Shown: positions 50,196 through 59,976, counted from the whole stretch's first letter. The stretch is DNA of 63,575 bases, filler included, from Acidimicrobiia bacterium (GCA_029210695.1; 5 parts of 5 records of this genome joined end to end with filler, not necessarily neighbours in it); one strand, 5' to 3'. Numbers and translations: made by a program. The notes: a model not told the origin generated them from the sequence alone.

Positions 50196-51061
50196 GGTGT
50201 GTCCATTCGCTTGTCGGTTATTGCTGAAGGATCGATATCACTCCGCCGGCGTGCGCTGGGGTGCTCAGCACCCAGCTGCGCAGTGAGGCCGCCGTCGATG
50301 TAGATGACCTGTCCCGTCACGTAGTCTGCTTCAGACGAGGCGAGGAATGCAACGAGAGCGGCGATGTCGGCCGGTGTGCCGTATCTCCTGAGGGGAACAC
50401 TCTCTGCTGCCTCCCGGTAGGAGTCCGGGTCGGTGAGAGCATCCGTGAGATAGGTGTGCGTCAGCCCGGGTCCGATCGCGTTGACCCGGATGCCGTACTG
50501 GCCGAGTTCGATCGCCATCGCCATTGTCAGCGCGTTGATCGCTCCCTTGGTGACGTCGTAGGGAAATCCCCGATGGTGAGCGCGCAGGGCACCTACCGAC
50601 GAGATGTGGATGATGCTGCCACCGTTGCCTGCCCGCATGATCGCGGCGGCCCGCTGTGAACACAGGTAGGGGCTCCGCACGTTGGTTGCCAGTTGCCGAT
50701 CCAGGAGGACTTCGTGATCGTCGAGGAAGTACTTCCGGTATAGATCGGCCGCGTTGTTGACCAGCAAGTCGACCGAACCGAAGGTTTCAATGGCTGCGTC
50801 GAACAGCGCCCCGATCTCCTTGGAGTTGCTGAGATCTCCATGGAAGGGCAGGACTTCGGTACCGCGGTCCCGCAACATCCCGGCCGTCACTTCCAGGGAC
50901 GCTCCATCGATATCCGGTGCCACGATCCGCATGCCTTCGGCTGCCAACCTGAAAGCGATGCCCTGGCCGATTCCTTTGGCGGCACCGGTGACCACTGCTA
51001 CACGACCGCTCAGTTCCGGATAGCGTGGTTCAAGCGATTCGAGCTGCTCTCGAATGTCCAT
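50192..51061 (-). CDS. SDR family oxidoreductase
   Basis: TGAAKGIG, LVNNA, YDVTK, IRVNAIGPG, IDGG. Confidence 0.93.
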   Translation of the reverse strand: MDIREQLESLEPRYPELSGRVAVVTGAAKGIGQGIAFRLAAEGMRIVAPDIDGASLEVTAGMLRDRGTEVLPFHGDLSNSKEIGALFDAAIETFGSVDLLVNNAADLYRKYFLDDHEVLLDRQLATNVRSPYLCSQRAAAIMRAGNGGSIIHISSVGALRAHHRGFPYDVTKGAINALTMAMAIELGQYGIRVNAIGPGLTHTYLTDALTDPDSYREAAESVPLRRYGTPADIAALVAFLASSEADYVTGQVIYIDGGLTAQLGAEHPSARRRSDIDPSAITDKRMDTP

Positions 51062-51081
51062 CTCAATAATCCTTGCTGCGT

Positions 51082-52281
51082 TTAGGGACGGGCCGGGCTG
51101 CCGTCCGGCAATCTGGTCTGGGTCCACTGCTCGACGATTTCACCGCATGGGTGCTGAGCCGCCAGATCCTCATCGATGTCGATGCCCAGGCCCGGCCTGT
51201 CGTTCGGATAGAGGTATCCATCGACGACCTGCGGGAGGCCGGGGAACATCTCGTACTCGAGTTCCGACGGCCGGTACCACTCCTGGATCCCGAAGTTGGG
51301 CGCCCACACGTCGAGATGGAGGTTGGCGGCGTGCCCGACCGGCGAGGTGTCACCCGGGCCGTGCCAGGCTGTTCTAATCCCGAAGATGTCGGCGAACGCG
51401 GCCACATTGCGCGCCGGAGTGATGCCACCGATCTGACTGATGTGCATGCGCACGAAGTCGATCAGCTGATCCGTTATCAGCGACCGCCACTCGTGTGGGT
51501 TGTTGAACAGTTCTCCCATGGCCAGCGGCGTTGCGCACTGCTGGCGAATCGTTGTGAACCATCCGATGTCCTCCGGCGCTAGGGCGTCTTCGAGAAAGAA
51601 CAACCGGTACTGCTCGACGTCCTTGGCGAACTGGACTGCATCGATCGGGTACAGGCGCTCGTGGACGTCGTGAAGAAGCTCGATTCGATCGTCAAGTCGG
51701 TCGCGGACGTGTTCGATCATCTGCAGCATCGCCCGACCGTAGGAGCGCGGGTCGAAGTAGTTGCCCTCGGGAGCGTTCCGCGGTTGGTGCATCCCCGCCC
51801 CCTCCCCCCCGTAGCCACCCATCTGGATGCGCACATGCCGGTACCCGTCTGCGACCAGTCGCCCGGCGTTCTCCGCGACCTCATGCTGATCGCGGCCGTC
51901 GGCATGCACGTAGACCGCGGCCGCCTCGCGGCTCTTGCCACCCAGTAGTTGATACAGCGGCATCCCGGCGCGTTTCCCCTTGATGTCCCAGAGAGCCTGA
52001 TCGACGCCCGATATCGCGTTGTTGAGCACCGGACCGTTGCGCCAGTAGCCGTGGACCATCGACATCCGCCAGATCTCCTCGATGCGGTCGACGTCGCGTC
52101 CAATCAGGAACGGCTTGAGATGACGTTCGATAGCTGCCTCAACGGCGAAGACGCGCTGGGTGAACGTGGCGCAGCCGAGCCCATACAGCCCGTCGTCGGA
52201 GGTGAGCACCTTGACGATGACGAGCCGGGAGTTGCCCGGTTGCGTCAGGATCGTCTGAACGTCCTCAATCGTTACCGGCGA
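51082..52281 (-). CDS. Enolase-superfamily sugar-acid dehydratase (ManD/RspA-like); canonical start codon missing
   Basis: GLGCATF, YWRNGPV, LWDIKGK, LHDVH, FFLED, MGEL, AWHGP; family-like sequence extends 24 codons upstream of GTG 52209. Confidence 0.88.
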   Translation of the reverse strand, partial: SPVTIEDVQTILTQPGNSRLVIVKVLTSDDGLYGLGCATFTQRVFAVEAAIERHLKPFLIGRDVDRIEEIWRMSMVHGYWRNGPVLNNAISGVDQALWDIKGKRAGMPLYQLLGGKSREAAAVYVHADGRDQHEVAENAGRLVADGYRHVRIQMGGYGGEGAGMHQPRNAPEGNYFDPRSYGRAMLQMIEHVRDRLDDRIELLHDVHERLYPIDAVQFAKDVEQYRLFFLEDALAPEDIGWFTTIRQQCATPLAMGELFNNPHEWRSLITDQLIDFVRMHISQIGGITPARNVAAFADIFGIRTAWHGPGDTSPVGHAANLHLDVWAPNFGIQEWYRPSELEYEMFPGLPQVVDGYLYPNDRPGLGIDIDEDLAAQHPCGEIVEQWTQTRLPDGSPARP

Positions 52282-52311
52282 GGCACACCTCTTTCCGACC
52301 TAGAAGGGCGG

Positions 52312-53181
52312 CTAGCCCTTGACCGCGCCTGCGGTTAGACCGCCAATTATGTAGCGCTGCAAGAACATGAACAGCACCAGGATCGGAATCATCAACATGA
52401 GCACAGCAGCGGCGATCCCCGGCCAGTTGTTCCCGTACACGCCCTCGAAGACGATCAACCCACGGGTGATCGGATACAAGGCGGGGTCGGTCAGGTAGAT
52501 CGTCGGAAGGATCAACTCGTTCCAGATGCCGATGGCGTGCAGCACGGTCACCGTGGCCACCGCCGGACGGATCAGAGGGAAGATGACCTTGAACACGTAC
52601 CGCGTGTAGCTGGCGCCGTCGACCGCCGCCGACTCGTCCAGTTCCTTCGGGATCGACTTCATGTAGTTGACCAGGATGATCATCCCAATCGGATTGATCA
52701 GGAACAGAAGGATGAAGCCCGGCCGGGTGTTGTAGAGACCGAGGTTCAGGATCAGCTGGAACTGCGGGATCAGCGCCGGCGGAAGGAACAAAGCAACCAC
52801 ATACAATGTGAGCAACGCCTTGCTGCCTTTGAAGTATCCGCGGGCGATAGGGAAGGCCACGAACAGCGATGAGGCAATGAAGATCGCCGTCGCCGTGAAC
52901 GTGTAGAGCGCCGAGTTGAGCATGTATTGCGGGAAGTTGGCCAGTTCCCAGGCATCGCCGAAGTTAGCCAGGCTGGGACTGCTGGCCAGGCCTCCCGGGT
53001 CTTGCAGATACTCGGTGAAGGGCCGCAGCGAAGTGTTGACCAGCATGAACAGCGGCCAGATGTAGAAGATCGAGAAGATCCCCAAGACGACGTACGACGC
53101 GATCTTGAGCCAACGGGATCGTGTGGAAGCGCTCTCGCTGCCGACGATCTTCTTGAAACGGGTGTCGAGGGAGGTGCTCAT
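52312..53181 (-). CDS. Carbohydrate ABC transporter permease (MalG-like)
   Basis: IPKELDESAAVDGA, IWNE, LQRYIIGGLTAGAVKG; ATG 53181. Confidence 0.93.
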   Translation of the reverse strand: MSTSLDTRFKKIVGSESASTRSRWLKIASYVVLGIFSIFYIWPLFMLVNTSLRPFTEYLQDPGGLASSPSLANFGDAWELANFPQYMLNSALYTFTATAIFIASSLFVAFPIARGYFKGSKALLTLYVVALFLPPALIPQFQLILNLGLYNTRPGFILLFLINPIGMIILVNYMKSIPKELDESAAVDGASYTRYVFKVIFPLIRPAVATVTVLHAIGIWNELILPTIYLTDPALYPITRGLIVFEGVYGNNWPGIAAAVLMLMIPILVLFMFLQRYIIGGLTAGAVKG

Positions 53182-54116
53182 CCCACGTACCTCTCTTCTC
53201 TCCAGCTGACGTACTTGTTGGCTGCAAACCCAATGACGAGGACCAGGAAGAACAGCACGATCGACGCGGCGGCCGCGAATCCCTGGCGAAACGCCGGAGA
53301 TTCCCCCTGTCCGAAGCCCTCTGCGAAGACGAGGTAGCCGAGCACCTGGGTGCCGTTCTTGTACCCGACCAGCACGAGGAACAACTGCCAGGCCTGAAGC
53401 GACCCAACTATGTTCAAGAGGAAGTTGGTGTTGATGGCCGGTGTGAGCTGTGGCCAGGTGATGCTCTTGAAGAGCTGCCACCCCCCAGCCCCATCGATAC
53501 GGGCGGCTTCGTACAAGTCGTCGGAGATCGTCTGCATGCCGGCCAGGAAGATCACCATCGTGACGCCGACGTTGGCCCAAATCTGCACTATGACGACCCA
53601 CATGAACGCCTCGCTCGGCAAGCCGCCCAGGAACTCCGACTCAGCGCCGAACAATCCGAAGATCGACGCCATCGGACCTCCCCGCGGCAACAGGAAGAGC
53701 TTCCACATCAAGCCCTGAATGACCACCCCGAGGATCACCGGGATGAAGAAGAGAGTCCTGAAGAACGTCCGGCCTTTGAGCTTCTGATTCAGAAGCAGGG
53801 CGAGTATGAGCCCAAGGGTGAACTGGATGAAGGTGACGAGGACCGAGAACTGCAGGGTGCGAACTGTGGCTGCAAGGTTGTCACGGGACGCCAAGCCCTC
53901 GAAGAGAAACTCGTTGTAGTTGTCGAATCCGACCCAGTTGACATCCGCCCCACGCAATCCACTCGCATCGGTGAACGAGTACGCAGCCGTCGCCATCGAC
54001 GGACCAAGAGCGATGACGAGGTAGAGGAGAACCCCCGGAATCAGGAGGTAGATCGGCGTCAACCGACTCCAACGGCCTTCACTGCCGAACAGGTAGTTTC
54101 TCTGCATCAGCGCCAT
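53178..54116 (-). CDS. Carbohydrate ABC transporter permease (MalF-like)
   Basis: WVGFDNY, FRTLFFIP, LYEAARIDGA. Confidence 0.93.
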   Translation of the reverse strand: MALMQRNYLFGSEGRWSRLTPIYLLIPGVLLYLVIALGPSMATAAYSFTDASGLRGADVNWVGFDNYNEFLFEGLASRDNLAATVRTLQFSVLVTFIQFTLGLILALLLNQKLKGRTFFRTLFFIPVILGVVIQGLMWKLFLLPRGGPMASIFGLFGAESEFLGGLPSEAFMWVVIVQIWANVGVTMVIFLAGMQTISDDLYEAARIDGAGGWQLFKSITWPQLTPAINTNFLLNIVGSLQAWQLFLVLVGYKNGTQVLGYLVFAEGFGQGESPAFRQGFAAAASIVLFFLVLVIGFAANKYVSWREERYVG

Positions 54117-54151
54117 CGTCTTAGTCCATTTCCTCTCGGCCGGTTCACCGA

Positions 54152-54181
54152 GGGCGGGCTCTCGCTGTCGAGAGCCCGCCC
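54152..54181. terminator. Intercistronic hairpin after the solute-binding gene
   Basis: GGGCGGGCTCTCG-CTGT-CGAGAGCCCGCCC. Confidence 0.6.
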
Positions 54182-54214
54182 CACTGGCATCCTAGATAGG
54201 TGTCTCGCCTCCCG

Positions 54215-55239
54215 TCAGCTGCCGAGCCCGGCGTCGAGATCGGCCTGGATCTGATTGGCGAGTTCGGTGGAATCGGTCCATTCGTTGAACGGCGCGAACC
54301 ACGAGGCTGCTTGTCTGCCGTCGGCCCACTGGCCGACACCGCTCGGGGACACCCAGTACTGCTCTAGGCCGACTCGGTAAGCCGGCACCAGGTCCGCCAC
54401 TGCGTCGCCCAGCTTGCTGTTCAGCGACGCGGTGGGCTGAGTGGGCAGGAAGCCGACAGCATCCAGGTAGGCCTGGTATTCGGTCGTGTCGGACAGCGCG
54501 GCCAGGTAGGCCTTGGCCACGTCCGGATGGGGCGTGTCCGATGCGACCATCCAGCTCATGTCGTACTTGCCCCACAGGTACTGGTTGTCGGCGACATTGT
54601 CGCTGCCGGGGAATGGCACGTAGGTCCAGTCGAACGTCGGCGCCAAGTTCTCCAGATTGGGGGCCTGCCACATACCGGTGGGCATGAAGGCCACGTCGCC
54701 GCCGGCGTACCGCGCGGTAGCTTCGTCATGACTCAGGCCGGTGACGCCCGACTCGAGCATTTCGGTGGCGAACACCTGGAACTTCTCGATAGCCTCGAGA
54801 CCCTTGCCTTCATTCCACTTGATGTCGCCCGCCCACAGACCTTCGGCTAGCGCCGCCTGGTCGGGGAAAATGGACCCGAGCAGGCCGCTGGCTCCAACGA
54901 AGATGGGCCAGCCGTCGCCACCGCCGACCGTCATGCACGAGTTGCCAGAGTCGACAATCGTCTCACAAGCGGAGACCAGTTCGCTCCAAGTGGTGGGAAT
55001 AGCCACACCAACTTCGGCCAGAAGGTCGTTGTTGACGAACATGCCGCTATAGGTGACGCGACCCATGGGGAGCGCATACACACGATCGTTGAAGGTCCCG
55101 GCGTCCCGGAGTGCGGTCTCGTCGAAATTCGCCACGAACGGCTCGTCCGTGAGGTCCATGAGGAGACCGGCCTCGATCAGCTGCTGCCAGACAGGCTTCT
55201 CACCGTAGTTGTCGCCCATGTAGTCAAGAATCCCGTTAG
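54215..55239 (-). pseudogene. Sugar ABC solute-binding protein, 5' part separated by IS insertion
   Basis: GLLMDLT, VYALP, IPTTWSEL, GDVAF; no signal peptide, and the frame runs into an IS end at 55240. Confidence 0.78.
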
Positions 55240-55312
55240 CCTGGATCCACCGGTCTGATCGGTGTCTGACGGTTGGGATTGACATAGAAAATGCCTTCTG
55301 ACCTGGGAGAAT
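55240..55312 (+). mobile_element. IS1380-like left end
   Basis: TTAG then CCTGGATCCACCG...TTGACATAGAAAATGCCTTCTGACCTGGGAGAAT, resembling recalled actinobacterial IS1380 ends; runs to the contig end. Confidence 0.6.
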
Positions 55313-55412
55313 NNNNNNNNNNNNNNNNNNNNNNNNNNNNNNNNNNNNNNNNNNNNTTAATTAATTAANNNNNNNNNNNNNNNNNNNNNNNNNNNNNNNN
55401 NNNNNNNNNNNN
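55313..55412. other. Artificial contig linker
   Basis: N44-TTAATTAATTAA-N44. Confidence 0.98.
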
Positions 55413-55489
55413 ACAGAGTGACCAAAACCCGGCCCGGGGGGTCAATTTTCAACCGGTGCCAGGGGGTCAATTTTCAGGCGGTGTTGACA
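55413..55489 (+). mobile_element. IS21-family terminus
   Basis: GGGGGTCAATTTTCA twice (55437, 55462) and terminal GTTGACA. Confidence 0.8.
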
Positions 55490-55836
55490 CCACCGACCGG
55501 GAATGGGCCTACGTGGCGATGAGCCGCGGACGGCAAACCAACACCCTCTACCTCACCAACGTCGGACCGGCTGATGAACAGTGCGCCCACCTCACCCACC
55601 AAGGTCGCTCCGATGCCCTCGATCGCCTCACCGCTTCGCTCAACCGCGCCTCGGCCCAGATCGCCGCCATCGACCATGCCGGACCGGCACCCACCGATGA
55701 CATTGACCCGTTGGGTCCGCCCCCACCCAGCACAGATGTCGCTGCTCGGGTCGCCTGGCAGATCGCCAAACGCCGGATCCAAACGGACGAAACCGAACGG
55801 CAGGCACCCGGCTTCGACCTTGCTGTTGGCCGCTGA
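55490..55836 (+). pseudogene. C-terminal fragment of a MobF/TrwC-like relaxase-helicase, interrupted by IS21
   Basis: Helicase motif VI REWAYVAMSRGRQTNTLY and a tail ending ...GFDLAVGR*, typical of relaxase C-termini. Confidence 0.72.
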
Positions 55837-55864
55837 TCGCAACCACGGAACGTGACAACTCAGT

Positions 55865-55944
55865 ATCTGGGATCAGATCGATATTGCCGGCTATGAGCGA
55901 AAGGGAGTGCTCGCTATCGCTCGGGGCGGCGCGTGATCTGTGCG
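55865..55944 (-). repeat. Inverted 'head' copy of the module-delimiting repeat, 28 nt after the relaxase stop
   Basis: Homologous to 14190-14270; ends GTGATCTGTGCG. Confidence 0.8.
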
Positions 55945-56059
55945 CCGGTGCCAATCGTGGACCGATGGCAGCGGGTCGGAGGATGGATTCCAGGATCCTC
56001 GCAGCGGGGTGCGGTACTCGACACCAGTGCGGCCTCGGCCCGTTCAAGAGGAAGGAGAG

Positions 56060-56701
56060 CTAGCTAGGTGGCTCTCCGTTTCCCGGCCTCTCCGTACTCA
56101 CGCCGCGTGCACGGCTATCGGGCGATCTATGGGTGGACGTTTTCCGACGGTCTCGGTTACCGCGACCGACAGCATTTGTGGTGGGGCGGGTGACCCAAGC
56201 GGCGACAGCGGCGGTACTGAGGAGGATACCGATGGTGATGGCGAACCAATCGGGTCCCTCATTGAGGCTGCGCCCTTTTTCGAGGACGGTCAGAGATTCG
56301 ACTTCGAGATAGGACTCGCCCTGTCTCTCCGGGTCGTGGTATCTCCAGATGCCCGCGACTCGTACGATCGGTCCTCGGGAGTGATAGCCGCCAGGATCAT
56401 CGAGAGAGTCGGTCAGGGCAGTGGGCATCCGTATCCCGATGCCCTGGTTGGCTCCGACCGGAGGGCCACCCTCGACTATCGGCTCGTAGACGTATACATC
56501 GCCATTCAGTTGTGTCCATGTCCAGCCGTCGTCGCGATGGCCGTAATCGCCTATCAGCTCACCTGACACCGCCACTTCCTGGCCGGCCAGGTCGGCGCCC
56601 ATCTCGATCAGATCGGAAACAGTGACTTCACTGGCGGCCAATGCGGCATGAGGAACGAGAATGAGAGCTGTAGCCATGACCGCGACTCGTAGGCGTCGCA
56701 T
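56060..56701 (-). CDS. Exported protein with OB-fold-like domain and C-terminal TM anchor, last gene of the trk operon
   Basis: ATG overlaps the trkH TAA; signal peptide ...AALA, GQEVAVSGELIGD, VRVAGIW. Confidence 0.75.
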   Translation of the reverse strand: MRRLRVAVMATALILVPHAALAASEVTVSDLIEMGADLAGQEVAVSGELIGDYGHRDDGWTWTQLNGDVYVYEPIVEGGPPVGANQGIGIRMPTALTDSLDDPGGYHSRGPIVRVAGIWRYHDPERQGESYLEVESLTVLEKGRSLNEGPDWFAITIGILLSTAAVAAWVTRPTTNAVGRGNRDRRKTSTHRSPDSRARGVSTERPGNGEPPS

Positions 56702-58197
56702 TACTTCCCCCTTGCCCACGAGTAGAGGAACCCGAGTAGAGAGAACATGGCGACGAACTCCAGGCGACCAGCCCACATTTGCGTCATGTACACCAGTTCC
56801 AGAAGCACCGGCATCGATGGGTTGGTGACACCTACCGACAAGCCTACGTTGGCGGAAGCGCTGACAGACTCGAAAAGAGCAGCCTGTAGCGGGATTCCAT
56901 AGGCGAGACCAATCCCGGCTCCCAGCAGGTAGAGCGCCACATATAGGAGCGACACGATCATGACGGATTGGGCGAGGCTTGGGGTCAGATGCTTCCGCCC
57001 GGCTTGGCTGTAGGCGCTGCTGACCACGGCATGCTCTGGGAGCAGGACCTGTTTGATCTGGGTGAAGACCGTCTTGATGGTCAGTCCGATCCTGAGGGAC
57101 TTGACGCCGCCCGCGGTCGACGACCCCATGCCACCCAAAGCCATCGCGATGGCCATGCCCCCGAAGGCGAGGCCGCCCCATTGTGAGAGTTCGGTGGTCG
57201 AGATAGTGGAAAAACCGGTTCCGGTATGGGCGGAGAGGATCTGAAAAAGGCCCTGTCGGGTCAGGCCAGCCACCGCGGTGAAGGCCCCGGTGACCGCCAG
57301 ACCGATCATTGTGAGCAACAGTGTGAACCCGAACGTGGAGAGGATGGTGCGGGTTTCGAGGTTGGCGAAGACAGCTCGGCGCGGGCCGCGCCACAGCGAA
57401 TAGTGAACTCCGAACGACATTGCCCCAGCGACCATCAGGACGGAGGCCAATCCCTCGAAGATTGCAGAGTGGTAATAGCCAATGCTGGTCGATTGCGGTG
57501 AGAAACCTCCTGTGTCGAAGCCGGCGAAGAACGTCATCAACCCGTGGAAGACGGCGCGGTCCGGATCGAACCCGAGCACCAGCCATCCGACAAGGCCGAG
57601 CGCGGCAACACCGAAGACCAGGTGCACGACGGATACGGCCCAGATGAATCTCGCCGTAGAGGTGACCGAGGGGAGGACGCGCTCGTCTCTTCCCTCACCG
57701 AAATAGAGGGGGATCCCTCCGGTTCCGGCGAAGACCGATAGTGCTGCCACGATGATGCCCTGCCCACCCAGGAATTGGAGAAGGTGTCGCCAGAAGTTGA
57801 GCGAAGGCGCAAGGTGGTCCACATCACTGAGCAGTGACAAGCCGGTTGTGGTTAGTCCGGAGACTGCGTCGAAGAGAGCGTCGAGGGGCCTGCCGAAGTG
57901 GCCGGACAGCAGCAGCGGAACGGAACCGATGACAGGTACGATCAACCAGGTGAGGGCTACGACCACCATGCCTTGGCTCCAGTCGAGCTTCCGCACCTCC
58001 GGGGCGTTCCTGATCCCGATGACGCCGAAAAGGGCGAACAGTCCGACCGTTACGAGAAACGAGCCAAACGGATTCCACTCTCGTCCTAGAGCCGCCCACG
58101 TGAGTGGTAACAGGCCGACGGCGGCGACGATGAGAAAGATCCGGCCCATGTAGAAGGCGATGGTTCGAAAGTCTTCTGCGACGGGTCGGATCAGCAT
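56701..58197 (-). CDS. trkH: TrkH potassium uptake permease
   Basis: Four pore loops SGLTTTG, FDTGG, AHTGTG, ASANVG; GGMGSSTAGGVK; GRLEF. Confidence 0.94.
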   Translation of the reverse strand: MLIRPVAEDFRTIAFYMGRIFLIVAAVGLLPLTWAALGREWNPFGSFLVTVGLFALFGVIGIRNAPEVRKLDWSQGMVVVALTWLIVPVIGSVPLLLSGHFGRPLDALFDAVSGLTTTGLSLLSDVDHLAPSLNFWRHLLQFLGGQGIIVAALSVFAGTGGIPLYFGEGRDERVLPSVTSTARFIWAVSVVHLVFGVAALGLVGWLVLGFDPDRAVFHGLMTFFAGFDTGGFSPQSTSIGYYHSAIFEGLASVLMVAGAMSFGVHYSLWRGPRRAVFANLETRTILSTFGFTLLLTMIGLAVTGAFTAVAGLTRQGLFQILSAHTGTGFSTISTTELSQWGGLAFGGMAIAMALGGMGSSTAGGVKSLRIGLTIKTVFTQIKQVLLPEHAVVSSAYSQAGRKHLTPSLAQSVMIVSLLYVALYLLGAGIGLAYGIPLQAALFESVSASANVGLSVGVTNPSMPVLLELVYMTQMWAGRLEFVAMFSLLGFLYSWARGK

Positions 58198-58198
58198 G

Positions 58199-58345
58199 TC
58201 ACAAGAAGGCCAGAACTATGACCGCGACGATCCATGCTGCCGCGGCGACCACTGCTACGATCAAGGTCTCGATGGCGAACATCGCGAGGCCCCCGGCCAA
58301 ACCGGTGATGCTCATCCATTTTCGGTTCCTCGACGAATCCGTCAC
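58199..58345 (-). CDS. 48-aa hydrophobic protein (not in the ORF track)
   Basis: GTG overlaps the trkA TGA and the stop is 1 nt before the trkH ATG; MTDSSRNRKWMSITGLAGGLAMFAIETLIVAVVAAAAWIVAVIVLAFL. Confidence 0.7.
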   Translation of the reverse strand: MTDSSRNRKWMSITGLAGGLAMFAIETLIVAVVAAAAWIVAVIVLAFL

Positions 58346-59004
58346 AGCTGGCCCTCTTTCGGATGGCCTAATACGGATCGCACCTCGTCCTCGAGTTCCA
58401 TGCTGCTCACCGCGGTCACCCGATCACCCGGCTTGAGGTGTGTGGAGGCGATCGGGATCGCCACCTCGTCGCCGCTGCCCACGGTGATGAGGAGAGATCC
58501 CTTGGGCAATCGGATCTCGGCTAGGGGCCGCTCCGTGAAATCCGAGGGAAGGTCGATCTCGTACACCGAGAACCTCCCCCTCCCGAGCACCGCGATGCGG
58601 TTTAGAGCAGATACTTCCACCTCACGTGAGATCAATCCCGCCATCATGTCGGTCACGGCCACCACCGGGACATCGAGCGCTTCGAACGTTGGGCGATTCA
58701 ACGGAGCGTTGAGCCTCGCCAGAACATGCTGAGCGCCAAGGGTGAGGGCGAGCTGGCATGCCATCAGGTTGACCTCGTCGCGCCCTGTGACTGCAAGCAC
58801 CCAATCGGCTCGGTGGACGTCAGCAGCCTTGAGTAGGTATGCGTCGCTACCATCGCCCTCCAGGACCAGTGCTTTGGAGTCGTCGGTGAGGGCTTCGGCG
58901 CGCCCGCGACGCTCCTCGATCACTGTGACGATGTGACCCGCCTCGTGGAGTTCGCGAGCAAGGAACGATCCCACCTTGCCACCCCCTATGACGATGATCC
59001 TCAC
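58342..59004 (-). CDS. trkA: TrkA-family RCK protein
   Basis: IGGGKVG, GDGSD, VTGRDEVN, TrkA_C domain. Confidence 0.93.
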   Translation of the reverse strand: MRIIVIGGGKVGSFLARELHEAGHIVTVIEERRGRAEALTDDSKALVLEGDGSDAYLLKAADVHRADWVLAVTGRDEVNLMACQLALTLGAQHVLARLNAPLNRPTFEALDVPVVAVTDMMAGLISREVEVSALNRIAVLGRGRFSVYEIDLPSDFTERPLAEIRLPKGSLLITVGSGDEVAIPIASTHLKPGDRVTAVSSMELEDEVRSVLGHPKEGQL

Positions 59005-59663
59005 TGTTGACCCTCCTTGACGGCGAGATACCCGCGGATCTTGTTTCGTGCCCCACTTCGAGCAGCCGCCACCACGAGATCACCCTCGGCGAGGACGAAG
59101 CCGCCGTCGGGGATGACGGTGGAGTGCGCCCGGTATACCGCCGCCACCCGTAGATCGTTCGGCAGTTCGAAGGCCTCCACAGGCAGGCCTGCCCCTTCGG
59201 GACCGATGGTTACCTCGACCACCTCGACGTCGCCTCTCGGGAAAGTCACGTGGAAGCTGAACTCCTCACGGACAATCTGCTCGTGGATCACCTTCGACGT
59301 GAGCTTGGCCCCTGGAACGAACGGGACGTTCAGTGCGCGGTAGTCCTCCTCGCGGGCCGGGTCGTCGAGACGGGCGATTGCTGTCGGGACTCCGAACACC
59401 CGTTTGGCGACCTGAACCGCCATTGCGTTGGCGTTGTCAGAGTTGGTTGCGGCAACGAACGCATCGGCATACTCGATCCCGGCGTTGCGTAACACCCGCA
59501 CGTCGTATGCAAGCCCCTCGTGCGTGATTCCGTTGAACGTTGAGCCGAGACGGTCGAAGATGCCGGGCCGGTCATCTATCACCGACACGTCGTGTCCCTC
59601 CTCGGCCAGGGTGAGAGCAAGGTCACTTCCGACCCGGCCACATCCCGCGATAACGATTCGCAT
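59001..59663 (-). CDS. trkA: TrkA-family RCK protein
   Basis: AGCGRVG, ATNSDNAN, TrkA_C domain. Confidence 0.93.
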   Translation of the reverse strand: MRIVIAGCGRVGSDLALTLAEEGHDVSVIDDRPGIFDRLGSTFNGITHEGLAYDVRVLRNAGIEYADAFVAATNSDNANAMAVQVAKRVFGVPTAIARLDDPAREEDYRALNVPFVPGAKLTSKVIHEQIVREEFSFHVTFPRGDVEVVEVTIGPEGAGLPVEAFELPNDLRVAAVYRAHSTVIPDGGFVLAEGDLVVAAARSGARNKIRGYLAVKEGQQ

Positions 59664-59672
59664 TTGTTCCCC

Positions 59673-59939
59673 CTATCGGGTCTTGGTCACGGACTGGTTC
59701 ACGGCGGTGTCCCTGACGAGCGTGAGGGGGAGTTGGCCCGGAGTGTTTGGTCGCCATTCGTTGCGCAGGAATACATGGGCCAGCGCCTCTTCATCGGGGA
59801 GGTGAGCCGGTCCCAGGTATTCATGCAAGATGCCGCTCACCCGGTAGCGAACGCCGATTCTCAGATCCTTGGGAAGACGTGAACGTTTCTCGACATCGGG
59901 ACACCGCCAATCTGCGCCGGGGGCTTTCATCGCTTCCAT
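59673..59939 (-). CDS. Small hypothetical protein heading the trk operon
   Basis: 88-aa ORF ending 9 nt before trkA; no recognised motif. Confidence 0.5.
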   Translation of the reverse strand: MEAMKAPGADWRCPDVEKRSRLPKDLRIGVRYRVSGILHEYLGPAHLPDEEALAHVFLRNEWRPNTPGQLPLTLVRDTAVNQSVTKTR

Positions 59940-59976
59940 ACCAACGTTCTACCCCGCCTCGCCACCTGCCGATCGG

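Noticed and set aside
56060..57586. Extended track ORFs (56060-57586, 52312-53601, 32210-33310, 10502-11797, 48418-49389)
   Set aside because: Their 5' parts overlap real neighbouring genes; internal starts with RBS or stop-start overlaps fit better.
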